Assembly (NCBI GenBank): GCA_000165425.1
Contig: CT868396.1
Span: 270,826-334,825 of the forward strand
Reading direction: 5' to 3'
Origin: Paramecium tetraurelia
Lineage: Eukaryota
Length of the DNA stretch: 64,000 bases
Positions 13,758 through 25,900 of the stretch are shown piece by piece; within the stretch, counting starts at the first letter, position 1; each line of letters begins with the position of its first letter. The notes under the pieces are model-generated. The model searched no databases, was not told the origin of the DNA, and saw only the letters and a list, made by a program, of their open reading frames with translations. Both the position numbers and the translations under genes were made by a program.

Positions 13758-15673
13758 TCACAGATTGCAAATGCTATTTCTATAATATTGACAAATCTGT
13801 TCTGCAAGAAGGATCAGTTGAGCAGGCACCTTTTCTTCTTGCATAACTTATTTGATTAATTAAACAAATAAATTAAAGGTTTGTTCGCTGATTTTGAGTG
13901 GATAATGGATAACCCTCAAGTCATTAGATTTATAGATTTAAGAGTTCTTGAAAATGAAGGCAATGATTTTCTTAATGTGAGACTTGATCTGATAATCGGC
14001 ATTTCTGAAATGATCACTGTAAATCTCGTTGTCTTGCAGATTGATTTGTATTTTGAATTGCACTGAATCGATGACACTCTATCCAACCACACTCTCTATG
14101 GTACATTGATTCATGATGGTGTATCTCAATTGGAACCAGGTGTCTGCATAATCCTACAGAATGAGTCTATCCAGAGTGTAGTTTTTGATGAGATGAAAGA
14201 AGTTGTCTCTGAAGGCATCGATCCATTCATGTTAAATAACACAGTGTTTGTGCAAGGTCTTGAGATCAGTCTTGGTTAACAACGGTTGATGTTGATGGGT
14301 GACATATTTCAGTAGGAAATGAGCATGTCTTAACAAAGCAGGGAGATTGGGGAAATTGCGAAATCTGGGATCCTTTTGTAGAAGCACTTCATATTTCTTA
14401 ACTTGAACTTTGAAGAGAGTGGAAGATTGAAAGTAGAAGTCCAGTAAACAATCCTAATTCACTATACAACTTCTATAGCCATCCATTCTTTGAGTGATCA
14501 ATTCTATTTGATCTTCTTTCAATCCTATGTCTTTCATCGATTCCACCAGGTATGATTTGAATAATGTGAAATGCACATTGGTTAAATTCATCTTCTAATG
14601 GGATTTCCTCAAATAATTCAATACGTAATCTACACTGCAATCCCATCCCATCATTTGATGAACTATCTTCCCTAATTTCTTGGCTTGTTCGTCCATTCGG
14701 ATCCCAATGAAGTATTCACAAAGAGTCTGGTCTTCCTGGATCTTCTGATATGTCTAATCTGCCAAGTTTACTATGGATTCTGGAGTCTCTTCAGTGTTGT
14801 TCTCAGTTTTCTTGTTGAATATTTGGGCAAAAGTTTGTTCAGTAGTGATTATACAATACTTGTATTATTCTATTAGGGCACTGAATTCAAATATCAACTC
14901 AGGTGGACCCTTGTTGCATTTAATGAAACTGCTCTTAAAATTTAAATTTATTAATTACTATCAAATAACTCTTAAACTGGTTGTATTATTCGTTCGTGAT
15001 ATGCAAGGGAATATGCTTCTATTTTAGAGTTTCGATGTTAAAGAACACAGGTTTGCCCATTATATACTCTAGGAATGTAGCAAATTTCAATTCATACATT
15101 TAAGGATCATCAATTTCTTAATACATTATTTGACTGATTACTTTGAATTATTGGATGGCTTTGGGAATACTGATGAAACAGTCTTGCTATTCCCCTTATT
15201 GTCTCTTCACCCCCTATCTTGGTCAAAAAGATACCATCATCCTCCTCTTACGGTAATCTTATACAAAAAGCACTCTTGGATGTGATCGGAGACAATTTTA
15301 TTTACTTTTGGCTATTCGATGACTTTCGTGTTATTGACAAAGGCATATGAACCTTGCATCTAGGACTCATAGGGTGATTCCCTGGACATGATTGAGGAAC
15401 AATATTTTTGGTCATGCTCAAAACGAAATGTTCCTTCATCTTTTGAAGTTCTGGAATCACAGGTTCAAGCTTGGGAAGTGTTGGAGATTTTTTGATTATT
15501 TCAGTATGCTGCCTGTGAATCTTAGCTTGTCTTTGCTCAGGAAGAGTATTAACATAATCAGCGAATGATTAGATGGGCTTGACTCTTTTCTTGTCCAAAT
15601 GATTATCCGATTCTGTCAAGAAATCGTATTGCCGACCTGAAAATGGACAGCCTTGCTAAAACTAATGATTCAT
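13758..15673 (-). CDS. Protein with four tandem truncated (2/2) globin-like domains, ~621 aa
   Basis: Introns 15117-15141 and 14934-14958 give a 622-codon frame. Four ~115-125 aa repeats, each with a His at the F8-like position (KQKHIPL, RKSHQKM, KTLHKHC, RVIHYPL). Domain 1 begins FLTKIGGEETIRGIARLF. Confidence 0.82.
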
Positions 15674-15701
15674 AATAATTATTAATAACTTTATCAAATA
15701 G

Positions 15702-17281
15702 TCAATGCTTTATCTAATCAGCAAATCTATCCCTTAAAAGGATCATGAACTCTTGATAATCAATCTTTTATAATCTCAAAGTAATACCTCCCCATCTTTG
15801 TTTAGATCCGCCTATTTAATTAGCTCTTCAATATCCAGATCTTTTATTGATATAGTATCAGTATGAAAAATATCCATCAATTCATTTTTAGATATTCTTC
15901 CACTATTATCTTAATCTATTCTTTTGAATTGTTCCTCTATAAATCTCTCATTCTAAAATTATGGACACACCAAAAATGCTGCTATGAACTCACTGTAATC
16001 GACCTATCCACTCTAATCAATATCCATAGCTTTGAATAATTGAGTAACAAAGTTTCTATCCATGTTTTTGTGTTTCATATTTTTAAAGCCAGTTAATCCT
16101 TCTATCATCTCATCTAATGAAATCATCCCATTCCCATCCTTATCCAAAGAAACAAATAATTATCTTAATGATGTTACTTCATTTTCAGGTATAAATGTTG
16201 CTAAATATAATAACATTGTCTTCTTCATTTATTAAGCATTAATCATCTTTTCTAATCCCTTTATTGCATCATCATGCAACCTTAAATTCATCAATTCATG
16301 ACTAACCTGCTATTACACCCAAGGATGATTATAAGCTTATTTAGCAGTAAATCTTCTCTTAGGCTCCATCACTAACAACTTCTATATCAAATCCCTAACC
16401 TCTCCTCAATTTATACAATTACCTCCTCACTTGGCCCCTTTGAATCCAGCTTTCGAAAATGTAAATATTCCTTTCTATATATTCTTTATCGTCTCTTAGG
16501 GATTCCTACCTGGAAATGGTGGCTATCCACACATCATCACATATAAAATCACTCCTAATGACCAATAATCGACTTCATATGAGTATTATCCTTTAATAAT
16601 TTCTGGTGCAATGTAAAACAGACTCCCATTAGGCTACGTCATTACTTCGTCCTCTCTGAAGAATCTAGCCAATCCAAAATCAATCATTTTAATTGAAGAC
16701 TCATCTTCCTTATTTTTCAATAAGAAGTTCTCTGGCTTTAAATCTCTATGAACTATTTTATGTTCGTGTAGATATGCTACTGCTGTGAATATTTGTCTCA
16801 TTATTTTGGCTGCTTGCATCTCAGTCAAATGTTGAGTTTTGGTTATGTAATAAAATAGTTCCCCTCCTTCACACATCCTATCATACTCAATTAACTTACT
16901 CTGTTACCAAATACACTGTCTTCTCAGTTTCATACACCTCATACATCTTCAAAATATTTGGATGATCCTCTACTCAAATTTAAATATTACAATCTTTCTA
17001 AGGATCAACAATTCATTCTTAAAACTCTCCTTATCTACAACACGATCTTTTGCAATTGCTTTAATTGCTCTTTTAATACCTCATGAGCATTCATTTTATA
17101 CCTGTGGATTTCTACTCAGTTTCAAAAACTACACCAAAACCACCTGCACCTATCTCCTTAATGAATTTATAATCCTTCTTTATATTTGCTATCAATGTGC
17201 AACTTTATGTTTACTTTTTATGCTTGAATTTATGAAATGAGCCTTCTTTATTTTCATTTATTGATCAATTTAAGCATCCAT
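15702..17281 (-). CDS. Calcium-dependent protein kinase (kinase + 4 EF hands); carries an in-frame TGA as sequenced
   Basis: GAGGFG, HRDLKPENF, DFG, APE and DYWSLGV motifs. EF hands DKDGNGMISLDE, DIDQSGQVDYSE, DQDNSGRISKNE, DLNKDGEIDYQE. Six tiny introns. Apparent +1 nt near 16430 gives TGA at 16427-16429. Confidence 0.88.
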
Positions 17282-18167
17282 AATATTAAAAATAATATAA
17301 TTAAAACTTTTAGGTTATTATTAAGTATTATTACTATCCAATTGCAAATCTGCTTTCAAATAGTAAAAGGAATACACTTATCCTCTTACATAAATTGAAA
17401 GTTTCAAACAAAATCAAGATTTATCCTACAAAATTTTAAACAAAAAAAGCTAAGACCTTTTCTTAAATTATAGTTTAATACTCTCAAAGTAGTAATTATG
17501 CTCCCTAATTTATATATTAATAAATGATATAACTAATTTAATTTATTTAGAAATAGCATAAATTCTGATTAACTCATCTATTCAAAAATTTAGCTGTTAA
17601 TGACTAATATATAACATATAAATTTCAATTAATGAAGCATTTATGATTAAAGTATTAATTTATCGAATTCTCAAAAGAATGAATTTAACAACAATTATTT
17701 TTCTATATCAATCTTTTCCAAGTGAATACGAAGTGTGGATGAATTAAATAAAGTATAGTTTATGTCTCCCAATTTCAATAATCATTTTAAACTAACGTAT
17801 AATATGTTTGAAATATGATTACATTTTGTATTAAACACATAGGTTTCAATATAAATTAAAGAATAATTAAAAATTATTTTTTAGAATGAGCAATTTTCAT
17901 TCTAATTACAAAATGAGAAGAATCATGTAAATGAGTGTTATTCAAACTTAAAAGAATTAAAATTGAAACAAATCACTTAAAGTTTACTTAAATTTACTCA
18001 TAATGATATATAGTTTTAAGTTTTCATCAATATAGCATTATAATATTAAGAATATTTATTAAATATAGCTTAGTATAAGAATATCTCATGATTTTGTATT
18101 ATAAAATTTGGTGCCTATGTCAATTAAACACTAATGTATATAAATAATAAATAATTAATTAAACTAT

Positions 18168-21100
18168 TCAAGTTATTTAGTCTATTAATAATATTTTTCT
18201 GAGATCTCTTTCCAAATGATCATTCAAAAACATCGAATCTTATGGAAAAATTTGTGTAATTTTTTTCACGTAATTTAATTTATTTCTCATTTTAGGATAA
18301 AACTTAAAATAAACTAAGAAGGACCCTAAAACTAGAATTATTAAAGCGCACAACAATAACCACTAAGAAATTATATCCAAAATTACATCTAAAATAGTAT
18401 CTAATTTAGTTATCTGGTTCACAATGTCCTACTGCATTTAATCACACAATGAACTTATTACTTCTGAGCACAGATACACTGCTTCTAATTCCTCTATTGG
18501 AATCAGAGTTCTATTGGTCAGTCCAGCATCCAATTCATATTTCAATTAATAATTAAAATCACTCAAAGTTGGTAACAGACCTCTCTTCAAAATCCCATTT
18601 TTTGAATTTTCACAAAAGTAATCAAATTCAACATATTTGCTCTATAATATACAAAAAGATAATACTTCATTTAATAATGGACATAGATTGGTTTCTCCAA
18701 TCTTCTGGAAATACTCTAAAAAATCATTAGAAAATTGAAACTCATCCATATTAATATCTGTGGATATGAATTCGTTAATTTTACCAATACCTATGGAAAC
18801 CTAATCCATGAATTACACTCTATCTTATGAAGAGAAAAATTGAAATCTATTCCAAAAGTATAAAAGTTCTTTTTATGAAAATGCAGCTGGTACATAGACT
18901 CCAACGTCAGAAAAGAGTTTAAAATAATTTAAAGTCTTAGGGAATAGCTAATAGAATGATGTAATGATGAGAGTTAAGGTCAATATAACACCGGCACATA
19001 AAATGAATAGTAGGAAATAGATGAATATTAGTTTCAATATAGGTGATGATTTATCGTAGAATTTTTCATCCTTAAAATTGTTTTTTCCTCTCATTTTTTC
19101 CATAATCATTAATTCTTTGGCATTTAAATTGAATCTATATTTATAGATCATATCTGAATCGGATTTAAGGTGATTGATCAAAAAGGATAGTCTCTTTAGA
19201 TCTTTACTTACACTTGACAAATCAGTATATGATCTTAGATTAATAAATTTATCAATAATCCTTTTAAAGTATCTGAGATAAAGAAAAGATCCAATAAGAA
19301 AAATAGTGGAAATTATCTGTGTTGGAAAACAAAGGAATGCAAACAAGTTTAATGTAGTATTCATTTAGTTTAAGAATTGATGATAAATCTCATGGGAAAT
19401 ATTATCAAATATAGTTATAAATTCTATATAATTAAGGTATTAAAATGTTTAATGTGGTGCAACACCTAAAATGTTGACATTAAATTATTTCAAATAAATT
19501 AGTTCTTATTTATAAAATGCATCTAATAATAAAGAAAAAGCTGATTATACAGTCATGTTATAGTCTGTAGTATTAATGGGATTGTAATGGATTGTTTGTT
19601 GTTTCACAACCATATATTGATTAAATAAGAATTCTTGAAATTTCTATTCTTAAAAATGTTCCTAAAAGTTTACACGCATTACTGAATATTCTCTGATAAT
19701 ATTCGCTAAGGAGAAGGATTAATAGAATTGATTCTGTGCCTCGGTGATCTAATTCAAATATCTGAGGTAGAAATAATCTTAGACAGTGAATCTAGCTAAG
19801 AAAAACTTGTGAATAGGCTCAATGAAAAAATGATTGATTTGGATTTAATCATAATATAAAGTAACTTTTTTAAGATCGTACGCCTTTAAAATTGAAAACT
19901 AAAATATACTTGAGCATTATTACCAATATAATAAATATCAAGATGATAATTACAACCATAAATAAGTGGATTGTTGACTTGACAATATGGGGTTGAATGC
20001 CATTGGAATTAATTACAGTATGATACAGACAGTACTTCTTATAGAAGCGAGATCTTCTTAATTCTTCATAGGAGGCATTGGATTATGCTTCTTATTAAAA
20101 TGAAACTGTGTCATCTTCTTATTGGTTTTAATAAATGTTTCCGAGCATTTTAATTGTCTACTATTCATTTTCAACTAATTATGATATACTATTCTAAATG
20201 TTAGATTCAATCAGTTAGATTTTCTTGGTACTTTGCTTCTAAGTTGATCTTAAAAAGTATTGATTTGATTAGTTTTAATTATTTTCATTCAAAGGAGAAA
20301 AGAACTAGAAAAATTCATCGTAAGGACTGATAACTGCATCCTCATCATTAATTAGAGAGGGTAATTCACCAGAATTATAATATTCTATTTATTTTTGCGT
20401 TTAAATTGAAGATTCGCATTCCATCATTCTGTAGATTCGAATAATACTGTAAGTCTTTCTTATTTGAATATCCCCTTGGACTTCAAAAAGGTTTAATGAT
20501 TGCCTCTGTTTACACAAATTTATTTTTTAGTTTAAACTTTGGTTCTGCATTACGAAACATTATTCTTCATTAGGGAAAGTGATGATTGATTTAGTGGTAG
20601 ATTCTGTAGTAAATTGGGTTAATTAAAAAAACAAAGAGGAAGGTAAACCATAGAGTAGTTTTTCTATTTAAAAGGAATCAGTAACCAATTACGAAAAGTT
20701 CATCATCTTAAAGAAATCTTTATTAACGCCTGAGATTTTTGCATTTTCATCTACAACCAAAATTGCTAAAGGAGTTTCTAACTTTTAAATAAAGGAGATA
20801 AATTGAAAAAATGATTATTAATCGAATTGAATATCATAAAAAAAGTGAATAGGTTATAAATAACCACTCTTACATTAACAAAAATTTATACCCTTTGTTC
20901 TAAAGTACAATCCCTTTCCTGTTTATAAGAATTTATCAATTTCTAAATCATGAGTCTCCCTTATACAATAGGGAAGAAGTACATTAGCATCTTTCAATTA
21001 AGAGAATTGCATTTAATCCCAGCCAAATATTTCACAAGCCTTTTTGGAAATACTTTGCAAATACAACTTCTTATTTTCATATACAAACACCAGATATGTC

Positions 21101-22851
21101 ATTTTATTTGAGATACTATTGATGTCATTTGCAATAAATTATTAGTATGCATTATTATCATGCGAGCTAAAGTTGCAGAATTCATAGGCTTTATACCAAT
21201 CATTTACAACTTCTCCCATGAAAAACATTAGGATTGACTAATTTTTGGAACTTGGGAACTTAAAAAATATTTGTCTCAATTGATTTTCTCTCTTCGCACT
21301 CTCTAAAGCAAAAGTTTAGATATGCTCATATAGTGGTTCATTATCTAACATCAATAGAGAGGATAGAATTTGGATCTTCAATTTGATAATTGAGATCAAA
21401 TTATTTCTAATTTACAAATGAAATGATTCGGAATGTAGAAAAGCAGTTATTCTTGCTGACAACTCTAGACATTCCTTATTATTGGTTTCTAATTACTGGG
21501 CAAATTTATTGTACATCATTTTTTTTATAATAAAGGTGAACACAATCCAATTGATTTATTAGACAAAGGTTAATAAATGCTTATATTTTTAATCTTCTAT
21601 TCTATAATAAATTTCCTAATGATATCCCAATTGATGTAAGGCAGACAGAAGATGACACATCTTATAGAAATGCTTCCCTTTCTTATGCAAATTTAGTTGT
21701 CTAAACTATTGAACTATTGAATTTTAGAATTATTAGGATATATCTAATTGAATTAGGTTCAATTCCAAAGGATCGATTGTTTTGTATTTGTTTTGACAAG
21801 AGCAACCAACTGTTTCACAGCTTTTAAGATGCTGACTAAATTTGATTCCATTGAGGATGCAATTTTTTTATTATGAAAATTGATTGTCTGCAAATATAAA
21901 ACAAACTAAAAAGTGCAGCCTGTCTATCGATAATTTTTAGGGGTCATTCAGGATGATGTATTCTATGTAATAGCATAGGGATTTCCAAATGCAATATACT
22001 AGTAAGGGATTCAACAGCATCAAATATCCTATGTTCAAATGCTATTCTGAAAATATGCAGATGGATATAATCAATCCTGAAGAGGCAAAGAATATTAGGA
22101 TAAAGCAATGCTTGAGATCACAGTACTTCATTTGAATCAAAATTGTATATATTCGAATCAAGCTAATGAGCAAATAAATACAACTCTAAAGCTTGTCTGT
22201 GATAGGACTGTCCAACAAAATAAACACATAGGATTAGAGTATTCTAAGAAGATAGATGATAAAATCTAAATAGTCATCTTCTATTTTCTTATCCATTTTA
22301 TCTGTTAATAGTAAGGTAGTATTATTCAAAATATAATAGCTTATCGAAAATATATGAACAAACAAGAGAAACAGTAAATTTTAGATCACAAAATAAAGGT
22401 TAGAATTGAAATTGATGCTCAAATTAAACAAACCTAAACAAAGTAAAGGTTGCAGTAACATATAATTAATGACTTTTGATGTAAGCATCAGATAATAGAT
22501 TGGGATTGATTTTAATTGTTTCTTTTCAAATGTTTTCATCTGATTTATTTTTTATTTCTAATTTTCAAAGCACAAACTAATTAGCAATATTATTATCCAA
22601 ACATTAAGAATCAAAACAGAATATTCAGCTACATTCACTTGTTCCAAAAATTCAAGGAGGATTACTTTTGGTATTTCCATAATTGATTAAAATTGATTAT
22701 GCTTAACTCTATTCGAGACAAATGGGTAGATCAAAAAAAAAATACTCAATATTTGACTCAAGATCACATAAAAGAGAGTGTTTTTCCATTTTAGTTAGCT
22801 CTCCTAGAAATTCAACTGAATCAATAAAGACTCAAGCATCTCCAATTTCAT
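18168..22851 (-). CDS. Large multipass membrane protein with central PAS-like domain (TmcB-like ciliate family), paralog A, ~1,552 aa
   Basis: N-terminal hydrophobic segments. PAS-like SISKKACEIFGW...LLPYCIRETHDLEIDKFLQTGK near 20900-21100. Further TM segments C-terminally. 25-nt intron 19899-19923 restores frame. Confidence 0.72.
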
Positions 22852-22907
22852 TTCGAAACTTAATATTATTGTAAAATTATGATTAATCAAATCAGATCAA
22901 ACTTTTA

Positions 22908-25900
22908 TCAAATCAATTTTTCACTTGTAACCATTCTTCTTAGTTCTCTTTCAAAATGGTCATTTAAGTAGATTGTTTCTAGTGGAAAAATTAATGAGAT
23001 CATTTTGGTTCTATTAAGTTTCTATCTAAACATTTTGAACACTGAAAACTAAATAACCATAATCAGCATGATAGTATAAGTCAGACTTAAAGCATTTATG
23101 ATCTAAAAAATATTTAATTAAATTTATATACATTATATAATTCCTCGATCTTTAAAGTTTGTGAACTAATATCTTTTTCCATTTTAATCGTAATTTCAGA
23201 AATTATGTCCGAACCTAAATAAACAGCTTCCAATTCCTCTTTTGGAGGGTACTTACGAGTGGTAGGAAAGTCGATATCTAATTCTGTCTTCAGTATATTA
23301 TTGAAATTGGTCAGGGATGCTCTCAAACCCAATTTCAATATTCCATTTTGAGAATTCTAACAAAAATAATCCAAATCATAATATTTTGAACTATTCAACA
23401 ATTGACATAGATTGTTTTACTCCAAGTATTCATAATCATCTAAAAATTATTATGAAAATTGTAATTTCGAACTCTCAATATGCAAGTTTAAGAAGGTATC
23501 TATTTTGTTAACTGCTTTCTAGATTTGATTAACAAAGAATACTCTATCATCAGTAGTATAGTAAGTGAAATAAAAGAAGAAATACAAGATTTCTTTTTAT
23601 GAGAAGGAGGCAGGCACATAAACACCTATATCAGAAAGGGATTTAAAAAAGTGAATAGTTGTGTAGAATTTATTCATGTAATCGCTGCCAACATATGTTA
23701 AAGGGCCAGCTATCATCAAATATTGTAGTAGCAACGCTAGGGCAGAAAAAATAAGTGGGGATTTTGAAATTTTAATAAATTGCCTAACAACTTTTGGCTC
23801 ATTGACAACATTTTTGATCTCGTTCTTAGATTCCTTGATTTTATTTCTTGATAATACTTCCTCCTTTCCGATCAAGTTAAATTTATACAAGTGGATCAAT
23901 TCTGATCCTTATTTTAAACTTTGAAGTATAAACTATTGCCTACTTTGATCAGTATCAAGTTCAACCTGTTCTATGTGTTTGTTCAGATCAAAAAACTTCT
24001 CAATGAATCGATTGTAATAGTTGTAGTAATACCCAAGTAATAATACAGATATTAGAACTGCAATTGATATTGGAATGACCATTATTATCCATCTCTGTAC
24101 AACCAATTCGATTTTTTCGATAGATTCTTCATACATTAGATCAGATATTTTATCAAAGATAGTTACAAATAAGATATAATTCTTATATTAATATGTGTTA
24201 TGAGGATTTGTGCCTCTTGTAGTTTAAGGTTTGATATAAATTTACTCTTGTTTGTAAAAGGCATCAAGCAGGATACTAAACGCGTTAAATAAAGTAACAT
24301 TGTATTCTTGTAATTTGAGTGGAGCATAGTGAGTTATTTACTATTAGATAATAACGTATTCGTCTTTGATGAATTAAGATAATGTATCGTCCTAGAAATG
24401 ATCCTGAAAGTTATCTTTGAATTCATCATATGACCCTATCAATAGAGGGTTAATAAATTGTAAATAATAAGCAAGTTTCTCTTTAGTTATGCTTTAATAT
24501 AGGTTTAAAATTTGGTAATCTTGAAGCATATAACGTGTCAAAAAGAACTTCTGCATCGGCTCTATGAAATAATGATTGATTTAGATTGATTCGTAGTAAT
24601 AATTTAGTGAGTAAAAGTCTGTTTTTGAGAATGAAATATTCTAAAATATATCAAATTAATTACAATCGATAGGAATATGACTTAATTGATTAGAGCAAAA
24701 ATCAGATATCCAAATAGTTTGCTTAATAAGGGTATAACTGGAGTTTACTCGTTAAGTTGATTTACAAGAGTGTATTTTCTATAATACACTGATTTTCTCA
24801 ATCCAGCCATTGAAGATGCTTAAGAACCTTCCAAAGCAAAGTTCTCCTAATTCCTTATGTCATTGTCATATACATTCCCCAATACCTTAACAGTCTTATT
24901 ATCATATTCAATAATATTGGATTCACTATAATGATATACTTTTACTTTCTCTTCATCAATTTATTCTAGATTCTTCTCTTCTAATTCACTCAAAAATCTG
25001 ACATCAGTTTTCCTTTGAGTTTGAATGATCATGTTTGAAGACGGTTCATTTAATAGGGAATTTTCATAAGGAAGAATAATAGATTCCTCTTTATTAATTG
25101 GTAAATTAATTTCCATATTCAATTGCAATTCTATCGATTATGTTAGGTTCATTTTTTTATTTTCTTAGATCTTCTTTAGCCTTATGATTTTATAATTACT
25201 CCGTCTCAGAACTTCACAACTCACTTCATATTAAGATAATTTCTATTAATTTCTTAGACTTGTAATCTTCTATGTAGTTGTAGTAAATTCCTATGCAAAA
25301 AATGAATCTTTAGGAAAATAAAACTAAAATGAATATTAACATTAGGCTCCATTCAATATATCATTGTTTAAGAATAAATCTGTTGTTAAATTATAAAGTG
25401 ATTTTTCTATAGATAACTAATCGATGATTTTTGGATTGAAATTCAACTTTTTGAATAACTCTTTATTTACTCCCTAAATTTTATTTGTTTGATCAACCAA
25501 GATCACTGGATCTCCCTATTCTTAACAACTTATAAAAGTGATAAAACGAAATGATTGATTATTATCAAAATAGAGATCAAAAAAGAATTCTATGTTCTAT
25601 AAATATCCTGATTTTAATTAACAAAAGTTCTAGCCTACTTGTCTAAAGTAAGCTCCTTTCCCATTTTACAAAAAATCTGCTATGTATTAATCATGTACAT
25701 CTCTAACTACTGCTGGTATCAATGGATCTGGAGTGACTATCAAATCAAATTATTTTTATTAAAAACCAAAGACTACCGGGGCCTTCTTAGAATATGAAAT
25801 GATTTTAAGTTTTCTATCATCATAAGAATAAATTAAATATGCCATTTTGTTGGCTAATCTATTAAAATCAACATCAGTTACGATGCTTAATAATGAATTA

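Noticed and set aside
17300..18150. AT-rich gap as a possible retained IES, ncRNA or mobile element
   Set aside because: I could not identify terminal repeats, a convincing TA-bounded IES consensus or a structured RNA motif by eye.
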